A stretch of DNA of 57,861 nt from a bacterium (GCA_037146995.1 JBAWWA010000008.1:1-57861); one strand, 5' to 3'; shown: positions 46,112 to 57,439, counted from the stretch's first letter. Numbers and translations are program-made. The notes: generated by a model from the sequence alone, not told the origin.

Positions 46112-47521
46112 ATGAGTAAAATATTATTTACGCTAAAACGTTTATTGCCGGACAAGCTCATGCAGTTATTACTACCAGCTTATCATTTTACGCTAAGCTA
46201 TCTGGCTGCAGTTTTTTATCGCTTTCCTTCAGAGAAAATCATTGTCATTGGAGTCACTGGAACAACCGGCAAAACAACCTCAACTTATTTGATTCAGAAG
46301 ATGCTCGAAGGGGCAGGTTTTAAATGTGGCTACACCTCGACGGCCATGTTTTCTGACGGTGATAGAGAGTGGCTGAACGATAAAAAAATGACCATGCCAG
46401 GGAGGTTTCAGATTCAGAAAATTTTGTCGCAAATGGTTAAAAATGATTGCCAATACGCTGTCGTTGAAACAACATCTGAGGGTATTAGGCAATTTCGGCA
46501 TCGCTTCATAAATTATGATACGCTGATTTTTACCGGTTTGTATCCAGAGCACATCGAATCTCACGGTAGTTTTGAAAATTATAAAGCGGCTAAGGGCGAA
46601 TTATTTCGTCATTTAAAGAAATGTAAAACTAAGTATTGTAATGCGGATAAATTAGTTGTTACTCAAGCCTCGGGCATAAAAAAACTTGATTTGACCAGGG
46701 TTAAAAAAAGAATCATAGCCAATATTGACGATGACAACGCTGGCTATTTTTTGGATTTCTGGGCCGAGGAGAAATTAGGCTATTCTAAAAATAAGCTAGT
46801 TTATAAGGATACGCCAATCTGGTATTACGATGAAATAAATTCATCGCAGCAAGGCACTAGTTTTAAAGTTGGACAAAATCGTTTTAACCTTAATATTCTG
46901 GGTGAATTTAATGCTACTAATGCGATGAATGCTATCGGACTTGGTTTAGCTGAGGGATTAGGAATTGACAAGATAAGAGTGGGGCTCGAAAAAATTGATG
47001 GTGTGCCAGGCCGTCTTGAGCGAATTAATGAGGGGCAGGATTTTACGGTGATCGTCGATTATGCTTTTGAGCCCAACGCAGTTGGTAAATTGTATGACAC
47101 CGTTGATAAAATTGCACATAATAATATTATCCATCTGCTCGGAGCGACTGGCGGTGGTCGTGATGCTTCACGGCGACCACTTATAGGTAAAATAGCTGGC
47201 GAGAGAGCTAATGTTGTAATTGTGACCAATGAAGACCCCTATGATGAAGACCCAGAAATTATTATGGACCAGGTCATGCTGGGTGCAGAAAAGGGGGGTA
47301 AGAAAAATCAGGAAAATTTGTTTAAAATACTAGACAGAAGGGAGGCTATTGCCAAGGCTATTAGTCTCGCTGGGAGCGGCGATATTGTCTTGATAACCGG
47401 TAAAGGCTCCGAACAGGCCATTTGTCTGGCGAATGGTGTTAAACAGCCATGGGATGATCGGATGGTAGTCAGAGAGGAAATTTCCAGAATTAAGACGTAT
47501 ATAAACTCGCAAAATATTTAA
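46112..47521 (+). CDS. murE: Mur ligase, MurE-type (UDP-MurNAc-L-Ala-D-Glu: diamino acid ligase)
   Basis: IGVTGTTGKTTSTY (P-loop), MTMPG, VVETTSEGI.QFRH, PEHIESHGSFENYKAAKGELF, GKGSEQ, PWDDR. Confidence 0.8.
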   Translation: MSKILFTLKRLLPDKLMQLLLPAYHFTLSYLAAVFYRFPSEKIIVIGVTGTTGKTTSTYLIQKMLEGAGFKCGYTSTAMFSDGDREWLNDKKMTMPGRFQIQKILSQMVKNDCQYAVVETTSEGIRQFRHRFINYDTLIFTGLYPEHIESHGSFENYKAAKGELFRHLKKCKTKYCNADKLVVTQASGIKKLDLTRVKKRIIANIDDDNAGYFLDFWAEEKLGYSKNKLVYKDTPIWYYDEINSSQQGTSFKVGQNRFNLNILGEFNATNAMNAIGLGLAEGLGIDKIRVGLEKIDGVPGRLERINEGQDFTVIVDYAFEPNAVGKLYDTVDKIAHNNIIHLLGATGGGRDASRRPLIGKIAGERANVVIVTNEDPYDEDPEIIMDQVMLGAEKGGKKNQENLFKILDRREAIAKAISLAGSGDIVLITGKGSEQAICLANGVKQPWDDRMVVREEISRIKTYINSQNI

Positions 47522-47644
47522 ATAGGGGGTGTTTATAACTCTTTTATTGGTAAATAAAAAACAGTTAATTACAGATATAATTATGGCTAATATTAAATAA
47601 ATACAAGTCATGCTTGCCAAGCAAGGAATAATTTGCTAAAAAGC

Positions 47645-47673
47645 TTGACATTTTGTTTTGATGTTGGTAATAT
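47645..47673 (+). promoter_or_regulatory. Sigma-70-type promoter candidate (TTGACA-17 nt-TAATAT) about 280 nt upstream of rpoB
   Basis: ttgaca at 47645-50 and taatat at 47668-73. A second candidate is TTGTCT-17-TATAAT near 47814-47842. Confidence 0.5.
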
Positions 47674-47954
47674 AAAATCAGTTTTCAAAACTAAATTTTT
47701 ATAAATTTACACGCAATTGTAGTAAAACGGACAAATTACATAGTCAATTTTTGATTGACAAACGCTAAATATGTACTTGAGCCGTTTTTTTGTTCTCTGG
47801 TAGTTTGAAAATATTGTCTAAAGTTAGAGGAATTTATATAATAAACCAAAAAGTTTCCCCGTGCACTAAATTTTTTGGAAATCTGTGACTAAACAATTCT
47901 AAATTAATAAATCGATTTTAAATAACTCAAGAGAAGCTACCTTGAGATTTTTTT

Positions 47955-50900
47955 ATGTCCAATAAAATAACCACCACAATTGCCCCGATTATCGGGCAAC
48001 GCAAGACCTACGCCGGCTATCGCGAGGCATTACCAATGCCAGACTTGATTAAGATTCAAACTGATTCTTATGAATGGTTTTTGCGCGATGGTTTGGCCGA
48101 ATTGTTTGACGAAATTTCTCCGATCACTGACTTTATCGGTCGTGACTTGGAGTTATATTTTGAAAGTCACTATTTGGACGAGGCGAAATTTAGCGAAGTT
48201 GAATCTAGGGCAAAAAATATTACTTTTGAGGCCCCTCTTCGAGTTAAGGCCAAATTGTTGAATAAAAAAACCGGTGAAACTACTTCGCAAGAGATTTATT
48301 TAGGTGATTTTCCTTTGATGACAAAGCGTGGAACCTTTATCGTGAATGGTATTGAGCGCGTGGTGGTGTCTCAATTGATTCGTTCTGCTGGCTGTATTTT
48401 TACCTCAGAATTCGTTAAAGGCAAGAAATATTACGGCGCTAAAGTTATTCCGAATCGTGGTGCTTGGTTGGAAATTGAGACTGATACTAATGGTGTTATC
48501 TGGGTTCGTATCGATCGTAAACGTAAGGTTGCAGTCTCATCATTGTTGCGCGCTTTCGGTTTCGGTTCAGATGAAGAGATTCGTGGCTTGTTCAAGCACA
48601 TGCCAACCGGTTCAGAGGATTATATTGATGCGACTTTGAATAAGGATATTGCCAAGGATGAGGCTGAGGGCTTGAAAGAAGTTTACAAGAGAATTCGTCC
48701 GGGTGATTTGGCGACTACAGAAAATGCACGCCAACTGATTCATTCCATGTTTTTCCGTTTTGACCGTTACGATTTTGATCGTGTTGGTCGTTATAAATTG
48801 AACCGTAAATTCGGTTTTGATATTCCAAATAATAAAGAGACTCGCGTCCTTCGTCGTGAAGATCTGATTGAGATTGTTAAGGAGGTTATTCGCTTGAATC
48901 TGCATCAAGGTAAAGAAGATGATATTGATCACCTTGGCAATCGTCGTGTTCGCGCCATTGGTGAGTTGATTCAAAATAAATTCCGTGTCGGTTTGGCTCG
49001 TATGGAGAGAATTATCAAAGATCGCATGTCAACTATGGATATGGATACTTTGACGCCAAATAAGCTGATTAATGCTCGTCCAGTCATCTCGGTTGTGAAG
49101 GAATTTTTTATGTCGTCTCAGTTGTCGCAATTTATGGACCAGACAAATCCATTAGCCGAGCTTGAACATAAACGACGTTTGTCGGCTATGGGTCCAGGCG
49201 GTTTGACACGTGAACGTGCTGGCTTTGATGTGCGTGATGTTCACACTACTCATTATGGTCGCATTTGTCCGATTGCTACGCCTGAGGGTCCAAATATCGG
49301 CTTGGTTGGTCATTTGGCTAGTTATGCCCGTTTGAATACTTATGGTTTTATTGAAACAGCCTATCGTAAGGTTTTGCATGATATTGATAATGATCCAAAA
49401 ATAACCCTCGGCAATATCTTGCGCGAGGATGTAGCAGGAGATAAGGGCGAGATAGTTGCCAAGGCTGGTGAAAAGATTGATGCCGCTAAAGCTAAGGAGC
49501 TAGCTGACAAGGTTTCAAAACATGTTTTGATTCCGATAAAACCTGTTGTTACAGATGAGGTTGTTTATATCGATGCTTTTGAAGAAGAAAAATACATTAC
49601 CGCCGCTTTCACTGTGCCTGTTAATGAGGGATCATTTTTGGTTGAACGTTATGATATTCGTAAATATGGCAATCCGACTATCGGTGATGTCTCTACAATC
49701 GACTATATCGGCGTAGCGCCAAATCAGATTATTTCGATTGCTACCTCGATGATTCCATTTATGGAACATGATGACGGACAACGTGCCTTGATGGGTACAA
49801 ACATGCAACGTCAAGCTGTGCCACTAGTAATGCCACAGTCGCCTGTAGTTGGTACTGGTTGTGAAGGCGTGGCAGCTCGTAATTCTGGCCAGATCATTTT
49901 GGCTGAGGAGGCAGGTGAAGTTATAAAAGTTGATGCTAAAAATATTTCAGTGCGTAATGACGAGGGCAAAGTCAAGACTTATGATTTGGTTAAGTTTTTG
50001 CGTTCCAACGCTTCGACCTGTATTAACCAGCGCGCCATTGTGAGCAAGGGTATGCGTGTTGAGGCTGGCTATCCCTTGACTGATGGTCCGGCAATCGATA
50101 AGGGTGAATTAGCCCTTGGCCGTAATGTAATGGTGGCCTTTATGTCATGGGAGGGTTATAACTACGAAGATGCGATCATTATCTCAGAACGCATGGTCAG
50201 TAATGATGTATTCTCATCTATCCATATTGAGGACTATACTATCGACGTACGTGATACCAAGCTTGGTGCAGAGGTTGTAACACGCGACATTCCGAATATC
50301 GGTGAAGAAAAACTGAAGGACTTAGATGAAGATGGTATAATTCGTGTTGGTGCAGAGGTTTCATCTGGCGATATCTTGGTTGGTAAAATCACACCAAAAG
50401 GTGAGACTGAATTGTCTGCTGAAGAAAAATTGCTGCGCGCCATCTTTGGTGAAAAAGCTAAAGATGTCCGCGATTCGTCTTTGTATCTTGAACATGGTGA
50501 ACATGGTAAGGTTGTCGATGTTAAGATTTTTAAACGTGAGGACGGTGATAAATTATCGACCGGCGTTATTCAATCAATTCAGGTTTCAGTGGCGAATTTA
50601 CGCAAAATTCAGGCTGGCGACAAGATGGCTGGACGTCATGGTAATAAAGGTGTTATCTCGAAAATTGTGCCAATGGAAGATATGCCATTTTTGGAGGACG
50701 GCACACCCGTTGATATTATCTTGTCACCACTTGGTATTGTTTCCCGTATGAACCTCGGTCAATTGCTTGAAACTCATCTTGGTTTTGCCGCCCAAAAGCT
50801 TGGCTACAAAGTCATTACCCAGCCACTCAATGGCGCTACTCAGGATCAGATTCGTGAAGAATTGGTTCGAGCTGGTCTGCCTGAAGACGGCAAGGTTAAT

Positions 50901-51422
50901 TTGTTTGATGGTAGAACCGGTGAGGCTTATGATAATCGTGTGACAGTTGGTATTAAATACATGCTTAAACTCAATCACATGGTTGAGGACAAGATTCACC
51001 AACGTTCTATTGGTCCGTACTCGTTAATCACCCAGCAGCCGCTTGGTGGTAAGGCGCAATTCGGTGGCCAACGTTTTGGAGAAATGGAAGTTTGGGCACT
51101 GGAGGCTTACGGTGCAGCCCATACTTTGCAGGAAATATTAACGATCAAGTCGGATGACGTGCCAGGACGATCTAAAGCCTATGAATCTATTATCAAGGGT
51201 GAACAGATCCGTAAGCTGAACGTGCCTGAATCATTTAATGTTTTGACTAGAGAGCTTAAAGGTCTCGGCCTCGAAGTCGAATTGATGGGTGGCAACGGTG
51301 AGATTTTTGATGAGGTTATTTCGGAGATACCAGATCTTAGCCCAGAGGTGGCTGAGGTTTTGGCCGAGACAATCATTAATGATGCTGTGGCGGATGAGCC
51401 AGTTGAGGTTAAAGAAGAATAA
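47955..51422 (+). CDS. rpoB: DNA-directed RNA polymerase subunit beta
   Basis: 1155 aa with conserved blocks [60 protein letters not shown]. Confidence 0.97.
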   Translation: MSNKITTTIAPIIGQRKTYAGYREALPMPDLIKIQTDSYEWFLRDGLAELFDEISPITDFIGRDLELYFESHYLDEAKFSEVESRAKNITFEAPLRVKAKLLNKKTGETTSQEIYLGDFPLMTKRGTFIVNGIERVVVSQLIRSAGCIFTSEFVKGKKYYGAKVIPNRGAWLEIETDTNGVIWVRIDRKRKVAVSSLLRAFGFGSDEEIRGLFKHMPTGSEDYIDATLNKDIAKDEAEGLKEVYKRIRPGDLATTENARQLIHSMFFRFDRYDFDRVGRYKLNRKFGFDIPNNKETRVLRREDLIEIVKEVIRLNLHQGKEDDIDHLGNRRVRAIGELIQNKFRVGLARMERIIKDRMSTMDMDTLTPNKLINARPVISVVKEFFMSSQLSQFMDQTNPLAELEHKRRLSAMGPGGLTRERAGFDVRDVHTTHYGRICPIATPEGPNIGLVGHLASYARLNTYGFIETAYRKVLHDIDNDPKITLGNILREDVAGDKGEIVAKAGEKIDAAKAKELADKVSKHVLIPIKPVVTDEVVYIDAFEEEKYITAAFTVPVNEGSFLVERYDIRKYGNPTIGDVSTIDYIGVAPNQIISIATSMIPFMEHDDGQRALMGTNMQRQAVPLVMPQSPVVGTGCEGVAARNSGQIILAEEAGEVIKVDAKNISVRNDEGKVKTYDLVKFLRSNASTCINQRAIVSKGMRVEAGYPLTDGPAIDKGELALGRNVMVAFMSWEGYNYEDAIIISERMVSNDVFSSIHIEDYTIDVRDTKLGAEVVTRDIPNIGEEKLKDLDEDGIIRVGAEVSSGDILVGKITPKGETELSAEEKLLRAIFGEKAKDVRDSSLYLEHGEHGKVVDVKIFKREDGDKLSTGVIQSIQVSVANLRKIQAGDKMAGRHGNKGVISKIVPMEDMPFLEDGTPVDIILSPLGIVSRMNLGQLLETHLGFAAQKLGYKVITQPLNGATQDQIREELVRAGLPEDGKVNLFDGRTGEAYDNRVTVGIKYMLKLNHMVEDKIHQRSIGPYSLITQQPLGGKAQFGGQRFGEMEVWALEAYGAAHTLQEILTIKSDDVPGRSKAYESIIKGEQIRKLNVPESFNVLTRELKGLGLEVELMGGNGEIFDEVISEIPDLSPEVAEVLAETIINDAVADEPVEVKEE

Positions 51423-51437
51423 ATAAGACTCATATAT

Positions 51438-54400
51438 ATGTTAAATCCTATAAAAACAACTGACTTCAACGCAATCAAGCTCAAGCTCGCCTCACCTGAG
51501 GAGATTATTGGCTGGTCAAACGGTGAAGTAGTCCGACCCGAGACTATCAATTATCGCACACAAAAACCTGAAAAGGATGGTTTGTTTTGCGAAAAGATTT
51601 TTGGCCCATCAAAGGATTGGGAATGTTATTGTGGCCGTTACAAAAAAATTCGCTACAAAGGCATTATTTGTGACAAGTGTGGCGTTGAGGTAACAAGATC
51701 TATCGTTCGTCGTGAACGCTTTGGTCACATCGCTCTGCAAACTCCAGTTACTCACATTTGGTTTTTGCGTGGTATTTCCTCGAAAATCGGATTAATTTTT
51801 GATTTGTCGATGCAGTCACTTGAAAAAGTGGTTTATTTTGCCAGCTTTATTATCATGGATGTCAATGATCAATTAAAGGAGGCAACTATCGAACAGGTTA
51901 AAGGTGAATACAAGTCGAAAAGAAAATCGATTGAGTCAGAATTTAATAACCAGGTCAATGAAATCCGCAATCGTAAAGGCAAGTTAAAAGATGAAGGCAA
52001 GGCAGAACTTGAGATAGTTGAGATTATTGAACATGAAATAGCGACTCTTGAAAAAGTACGTGATGAAAAAATTGATAATTTGAATCAGGCTGTCGAGCAA
52101 GCCCAAAAAGAGTTAAAAGAGTTGAAGCCCTTGGCTATTATCTCTGAAAGTACTTATCAGAATTTGAGCTTGAAGTACGGTCATATTTTTGAGGCTGGTA
52201 TCGGAGCTGAAGCGGTGCGCAAGCTACTGGAACGCATGGATCTTGATAAGGAGATTGCGATTTTGGAGGTGGAAATGGAAGGTGCTACTGAGGTTAAAAA
52301 GTCAAAATTGATTCGTCGTTTAAAATTGCTCAAGAGTTTGAGAGTCAACAACATCCGCCCAGAGTGGATGGTGATGGTGGCGCTACCTGTTATTCCGCCA
52401 GACCTTCGTCCGATGGTACCATTAGACGGTGGCCGTTTTGCGACTTCTGATTTGAATGATTTATATCGTCGCGTCATTAATCGCAATAATCGTTTGCGAC
52501 AGCTGATTAATTTGAGCGCGCCGGAGGTTATTTGCCGTAACGAAAAGCGCATGTTGCAAGAGGCAGTTGATGCTTTGATTGACAATTCAGCGCGTCATGG
52601 CAAGACTGTGGTGGCGTCGACCGGTCAAAAGAGAATGTTGAAGTCGCTTGCAGATTCATTAAAAGGTAAACAGGGTCGTTTCCGTCAGAATTTACTTGGT
52701 AAACGTATCGATTACTCTGGACGTTCAGTTATCGTCGTTAATCCAAAGCTTCATTTGGATCAATGCGGTTTGCCAAAAATCATGGCGATTGAATTGTTTA
52801 AGCCGTTTATTATCTCAAAATTAATCAAACGTGAGATCGTGCATAATGTACGCTCAGCATCTCGCTATATTGAGGCTGGTCATGATGTAGTTTGGGATAT
52901 TTTAGAAGAAATTATTTCTGGCGCATTTGTTTTACTCAATCGTGCACCAACTCTTCATCGCTTAGGTATTCAGGCATTTAAACCCATCTTGATCGAAGGC
53001 AAGGCCCTGCAGATCCATCCTTTGGTTTGTACCGCCTTTAACGCTGACTTTGATGGTGATCAAATGGCTGTTCATGTGCCTTTGACCAAAGAAGCTCGCG
53101 AAGAGGCGCGTGATATCATGTTGTCGTCACACAATTTGCTCAAACCAGCAACTGGTGATCCGATCGTAACGCCAGCTCAGGATATCGTGTGGGGTGCTTT
53201 CTACATGACATTAACTCGCGATGAGGCGCGTGAAGAAAAAGAGCTAAGAGTTTTCGCTTCGATCCAAGAGGCTGAGTTGGCTTATGCTCTAAAAAAGATT
53301 CAAATCCATGAGTCGATTCGCGTACGAATCAATAAGGTTTTGGTCCGTACAACGATCGGTCGCGTTTTGTTTAATGACTTCTTGCCAGAAAAATTGCGCT
53401 TTGTAAATGAAACAGTCGGTAAGAACAAACTGAAGAATTTGCTCAAGGATTGTTTGCGTTATCACGGTGAAGAACGTACAGTACAGCTAGTTGATGAGAT
53501 GAAATTGACGACTTTGAAATATATTACCAAGTCTGGTATGTCTTGGTCGATGGGTGACTTGCCGCATTTCCCTGAACGTGAAGCTTTGATTTCAAATGCT
53601 GATACGCAAGTTGATGTCATTCAGGATCAATATGAAGAAGGCTTGTTGACTGACTCTGAGCGCTACGCCAAGGTAATTGAGTTGTGGACTGGTGTCAAAG
53701 AAAAAATTGCTGATATTTGTAAGAAAGGTCTTGATGTCGAGGGTCCTGTATATTCGATGATCGAATCTGGCGCTCGTGGTTCATGGACACAGTTGACACA
53801 GATTATTGGTATGAAGGGTCTGGTGACCTCACCATCTGGAGATATTATCGAGTTGCCGGTAAAGGGAAACTTCAAAGATGGTTTTGGCATTCTTGAATAT
53901 TTCATTTCAACCCATGGTGTGCGCAAAGGCTTGTCTGATACGGCTCTACGTACAGCTAATGCTGGTTATCTGACACGTCGTTTGGTTGATGTGTCTCAAG
54001 ATGTGATTATCACCTCACCAGATTGTGGTGATACTGAAGGCATTGTCTATACCAAGAAAGAGTCAGAAGAGTCAGGTCATGATTTGATCAAGCGTATTGT
54101 TGGTCGATATTTGGCCAAGGATTTGGTAAATACAGCTGGCGAAATCTTGATTGCTGCTGGCGAGTTGGTGACTGAGGTTGGCGCTGAGGATTTGAAAGGA
54201 CAGGATATCGAAGAGGCAACTATCCGCTCGGTTTTGAATTGTCAATCTATCAAGGGTATTTGTGCCAAGTGTTATGGTTATGATTTGGGTTACAATAAAG
54301 AAGTGAAAATCGGTACAGCTGTCGGTATTATTGCCGCTCAGTCGATTGGTGAGCCTGGAACACAGTTGACTATGAGAACTTTCCATACTGGTGGTGTGGC

Positions 54401-55370
54401 TGGTGCCGACGATATTACACAAGGTTTGCCTCGCGTTGAAGAAATCTTTGAGTGCCGTGCTCCAAAGCGTAAGGCCTTTATTGCTGATGTTGATGGTCTT
54501 GTCAAAATCGAGACTGCTAACAGGGACATTCAGGATGCTAAGGGTAAGGTACTAGTAGCAGCTAATCCGCATGCCAAGATATTAATGATTCACCATGAGG
54601 GCTTGGATTCTGAAAAATACGCCTTTAACGAAGCGGTTAAGGATGCAGCTGAGAGAAAAAAGAAGCAGACACCAGAATTCCATGTGGCTAATGGTGGCAT
54701 GGTTACTGAAGGTAGCAAACTCTTTACGATCGGCGAAATCACTATCAAGTCTAAGGTATCAGGTGAGGTCAAGATAGAAGACAAAGCTGTCAGAATCTAT
54801 TCTAAGGCTGACAAGGTCAAGGAGTTTGTGATTCCACGAGGCTTTAATATCTGGGTCAAGGATGGTGAGATGGTGACCAAAGGCCAACAGTTGACTGAAG
54901 GTAATATTGATTTACAACAGTTGTTTAATCTACGTGGTCGTACAGCTTCTCAGAAATATATTATTTCCGAGATTCAGTCGGTTTATTCATCACAAGGTCA
55001 GCCTTTGAATGATAAGCACGTTGAGATTATTGCCCGTCAAATGTTTAGTCGCGTCTTTATTACTGATGCTGGTGAGACTGACTTGCTACCTGGTGAAGTT
55101 ATTGAGAAAGGTGTCTTTGATGCTGCCAACTTGGCAGTTATCGCCGAAGGACGTCCAGTCGCTGTTGGTGATGAGTTGTTGATGGGTATGACCAAGACTT
55201 CATTGACCACTGATTCATTCTTGTCGGCCGCCTCTTTCCAAGAAACGGCCAAAGTTTTGATCGATGCAGCTATTACTGGCAAGATTGATAATCTGGAAGG
55301 TCTTAAAGAAAATGTTATTATCGGTCGCTTGATTCCTGCTGGTACTGGCTACGATCCGAATAAGAAATAG
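51438..55370 (+). CDS. rpoC: DNA-directed RNA polymerase subunit beta'
   Basis: 1310 aa with the Zn finger CYCGRYKKIRYKGIICDKCGVEV, catalytic NADFDGDQM, and RAPTLHRLGIQAF. Confidence 0.97.
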   Translation: MLNPIKTTDFNAIKLKLASPEEIIGWSNGEVVRPETINYRTQKPEKDGLFCEKIFGPSKDWECYCGRYKKIRYKGIICDKCGVEVTRSIVRRERFGHIALQTPVTHIWFLRGISSKIGLIFDLSMQSLEKVVYFASFIIMDVNDQLKEATIEQVKGEYKSKRKSIESEFNNQVNEIRNRKGKLKDEGKAELEIVEIIEHEIATLEKVRDEKIDNLNQAVEQAQKELKELKPLAIISESTYQNLSLKYGHIFEAGIGAEAVRKLLERMDLDKEIAILEVEMEGATEVKKSKLIRRLKLLKSLRVNNIRPEWMVMVALPVIPPDLRPMVPLDGGRFATSDLNDLYRRVINRNNRLRQLINLSAPEVICRNEKRMLQEAVDALIDNSARHGKTVVASTGQKRMLKSLADSLKGKQGRFRQNLLGKRIDYSGRSVIVVNPKLHLDQCGLPKIMAIELFKPFIISKLIKREIVHNVRSASRYIEAGHDVVWDILEEIISGAFVLLNRAPTLHRLGIQAFKPILIEGKALQIHPLVCTAFNADFDGDQMAVHVPLTKEAREEARDIMLSSHNLLKPATGDPIVTPAQDIVWGAFYMTLTRDEAREEKELRVFASIQEAELAYALKKIQIHESIRVRINKVLVRTTIGRVLFNDFLPEKLRFVNETVGKNKLKNLLKDCLRYHGEERTVQLVDEMKLTTLKYITKSGMSWSMGDLPHFPEREALISNADTQVDVIQDQYEEGLLTDSERYAKVIELWTGVKEKIADICKKGLDVEGPVYSMIESGARGSWTQLTQIIGMKGLVTSPSGDIIELPVKGNFKDGFGILEYFISTHGVRKGLSDTALRTANAGYLTRRLVDVSQDVIITSPDCGDTEGIVYTKKESEESGHDLIKRIVGRYLAKDLVNTAGEILIAAGELVTEVGAEDLKGQDIEEATIRSVLNCQSIKGICAKCYGYDLGYNKEVKIGTAVGIIAAQSIGEPGTQLTMRTFHTGGVAGADDITQGLPRVEEIFECRAPKRKAFIADVDGLVKIETANRDIQDAKGKVLVAANPHAKILMIHHEGLDSEKYAFNEAVKDAAERKKKQTPEFHVANGGMVTEGSKLFTIGEITIKSKVSGEVKIEDKAVRIYSKADKVKEFVIPRGFNIWVKDGEMVTKGQQLTEGNIDLQQLFNLRGRTASQKYIISEIQSVYSSQGQPLNDKHVEIIARQMFSRVFITDAGETDLLPGEVIEKGVFDAANLAVIAEGRPVAVGDELLMGMTKTSLTTDSFLSAASFQETAKVLIDAAITGKIDNLEGLKENVIIGRLIPAGTGYDPNKK

Positions 55371-55390
55371 TAGTTCTTTGATTTTATATA

Positions 55391-55426
55391 AAAAATACCT
55401 CATCGCAAGATGAGGTATTTTTGTTT
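55391..55426. terminator. Bidirectional terminator between rpoC and the convergent minus-strand operon
   Basis: atacctcatc-gcaa-gatgaggtat flanked by an A-run and a T-run. Confidence 0.85.
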
Positions 55427-55453
55427 AGGTAAAATTTGGTAGTCTTATAAAGA

Positions 55454-56578
55454 CTAGAAACCGCAGAGCTTGGTTGTCACTTTGCTCCAGGGTTGAAGCT
55501 TGCGACTTTTATATAGTGCGCAAGTTGCTTTTATATTATTGGCGGGAGATTGTAGAGCGGCAATGCATTGTTGAGCATTGGCATTTGACTGGCAATTAAA
55601 ATATTTACAATAGGAAATACCACTGGAATTGGTAGTTCTTTCAAAGCAATTTTGACCATCTACTTTGCCACTAAAGGCATTTTTGCATTCGAGTACCCCA
55701 GAGGCGCTATTAACTGCATTGACCTGAAACAGACCAAATGAAAATGGGGATATGACCCCAGATGAGCTTTTACACCCATCAGCCATTCCTTGAGCATTTG
55801 CATTACCTTTGCTTTCAACATTGCATATAGCAGCCATTTTTTCTATGTCTGCCCCAAAGCAATCTCCGCCATTGGCCTTGAGCGAGGCGACAGAACAGTT
55901 ACCAGTGGTCGGAACTTCGCATTTACCACAAGAATCACCGCAACCTTGACCAGTTTCTAGTTCTGCGACTATTCCCAAGGTAATCGGTTTCATGGTTATC
56001 AAGTCGGGATTGATTTGAAATAAGATGAGGTAGGATGAGAAAAGGATGATGATGCCGGCAACAGCACCGCTGATGTATTTTTTGGCGTCACCAATGGCTG
56101 AACTGTCACCACCGGCCATCATCCAGCGAAAACCGGCAAACATCATGATAATGGTGGCCAGGATCCCGCCAATGCCCAGTGAGTATTGATAAACCCAGGC
56201 CACCCACTCGCCAATCCAGGGAAAGGTGCAGTTGGTTCTCTTGCCAGTATTGGGGTCAAGATCGCACTGGATTTCGTTGGCCTTGGTTGGATTGAAGTTT
56301 GGCAGCTTAACTTGTAAATTATCAAACGGGCTAACTATCTTGTAAGTGTCGGCGCTTGTTAAGGCGTTGCCAGTCTTGGTATAACAATTATAGCCACCGC
56401 CAGTTGGTTTTGGCTGCGGACACAGGGCATCGTTTGCGACTTCATAGGCAGCACCCCAACTAGTTTTGTTGGTGTCAACTAGATTTTCTTTGAGCCAAGC
56501 ATAGGGAGCTGCCAGGGCGAAGTTTTGAGTTGACAGTAAAAGGAATAAAAATAGCAATGAGAAAAATAATTTTTTCAT
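55454..56578 (-). CDS. Exported cysteine-rich protein: signal peptide, VirB2/TrbC-like two-helix hairpin, C-terminal lysozyme-like module (18 Cys)
   Basis: The signal peptide is LLFLFLLLSTQNFALA. The hairpin block is WVAWVYQYSLGIGGILATIIMMFAGFRWMMAGGDSSAIGDAKKYISGAVAGIIILFSSYLILFQINPDL. The tail reads ...ICNVESKGNANAQG...SPFSFGLFQVNA..., with a Glu-Ser ... GLFQ(V)N pattern as in lysozyme-like/transglycosylase folds. Confidence 0.6.
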   Translation of the reverse strand: MKKLFFSLLFLFLLLSTQNFALAAPYAWLKENLVDTNKTSWGAAYEVANDALCPQPKPTGGGYNCYTKTGNALTSADTYKIVSPFDNLQVKLPNFNPTKANEIQCDLDPNTGKRTNCTFPWIGEWVAWVYQYSLGIGGILATIIMMFAGFRWMMAGGDSSAIGDAKKYISGAVAGIIILFSSYLILFQINPDLITMKPITLGIVAELETGQGCGDSCGKCEVPTTGNCSVASLKANGGDCFGADIEKMAAICNVESKGNANAQGMADGCKSSSGVISPFSFGLFQVNAVNSASGVLECKNAFSGKVDGQNCFERTTNSSGISYCKYFNCQSNANAQQCIAALQSPANNIKATCALYKSRKLQPWSKVTTKLCGF

Positions 56579-57439
56579 TTATTTAGTGCAGCATAACATG
56601 TCTCTAAGTGCGCCGGTTCCGTCGGCATCTGGGTCGTAGCCAGTTGGACAACCACTGGCATTTCTTGTTCCACTATGTAGTGTTCCTGACGGACAAGTGT
56701 CATCACCCCATAGTTTTGCTGCCTTGCCCATTTTGCAAACATATCCAGTTTCCGTTGGATATCCTGGGCATGGTTTATTTTCAGCTTTTGTCTGTGCTTC
56801 AACTACTTCGGGTACTGGCGCTAATTCTGGATTCAAGTCTATGATTCTTTGGGTGGCAGCGCTGGGCGTCATGCATTGATTTCCACTGCACACACCACCA
56901 GCTAAAAAATTACCGGTTGTGCATTGACTTGATTTTGAGCAAGTTGACTCACCAATACAGCAACCAACTGGCGCGATGCTGGCAATCGATCTTGTCTTAA
57001 AATTAACCAAATCTGGATTAACGGTGGCTAAAATGAGATACGAACTGACCGCTAAGGTGAGGCCAATGAGGCTTGAAGCAATAGTGTCCTTAGCTTCGTT
57101 AATGGCACCAGAGTCGGCGGCGCCCATAATCCAACGAAAACCACCGTACATGAGCATGACGGTCGCTAAAATGCCAACTATGCCAATCAAATATTTGTAG
57201 ACCCATTTGATGTATTCGGCAATCGGGGCGGTCGAAGGGTCACCCAACTTAAAACCCGCTGCAGTGCCAAAATCATAACTGCCATCCTTGACGCCTGGTA
57301 TCGGTACCTGAGGTTTGTAAGCGGTTGGCTCAAATACTTTATCCGCGGCTAGAGTTTGCTGTGGTTCTAGCCAGATAATACCTAGGCCAAGGAGTTGAAG
57401 AGCAAAAATTAAAACAAAAAAGTGACGAAGATATCTCAT
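56579..57439 (-). CDS. Exported cysteine-rich protein, paralog of the downstream gene: signal peptide, VirB2/TrbC-like hairpin, Cys-rich C-terminal region (12 Cys)
   Basis: The hairpin block is YIKWVYKYLIGIVGILATVMLMYGGFRWIMGAADSGAINEAKDTIASSLIGLTLAVSSYLILATVNPDL. All 12 Cys lie after the hairpin. The stop codon directly abuts the next ATG. Confidence 0.6.
   Translation of the reverse strand: MRYLRHFFVLIFALQLLGLGIIWLEPQQTLAADKVFEPTAYKPQVPIPGVKDGSYDFGTAAGFKLGDPSTAPIAEYIKWVYKYLIGIVGILATVMLMYGGFRWIMGAADSGAINEAKDTIASSLIGLTLAVSSYLILATVNPDLVNFKTRSIASIAPVGCCIGESTCSKSSQCTTGNFLAGGVCSGNQCMTPSAATQRIIDLNPELAPVPEVVEAQTKAENKPCPGYPTETGYVCKMGKAAKLWGDDTCPSGTLHSGTRNASGCPTGYDPDADGTGALRDMLCCTK

Noticed and set aside
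52181-52585. Antisense ORFs of 60-135 aa inside rpoB, rpoC, ileS, valS, tyrS, argS and others (e.g. 52181..52585, 33405..33809, 21550..21963)
   Set aside because: All lie fully inside strongly supported genes on the opposite strand, have Ser/Ile/Leu-biased composition and have no ribosome-binding sites.
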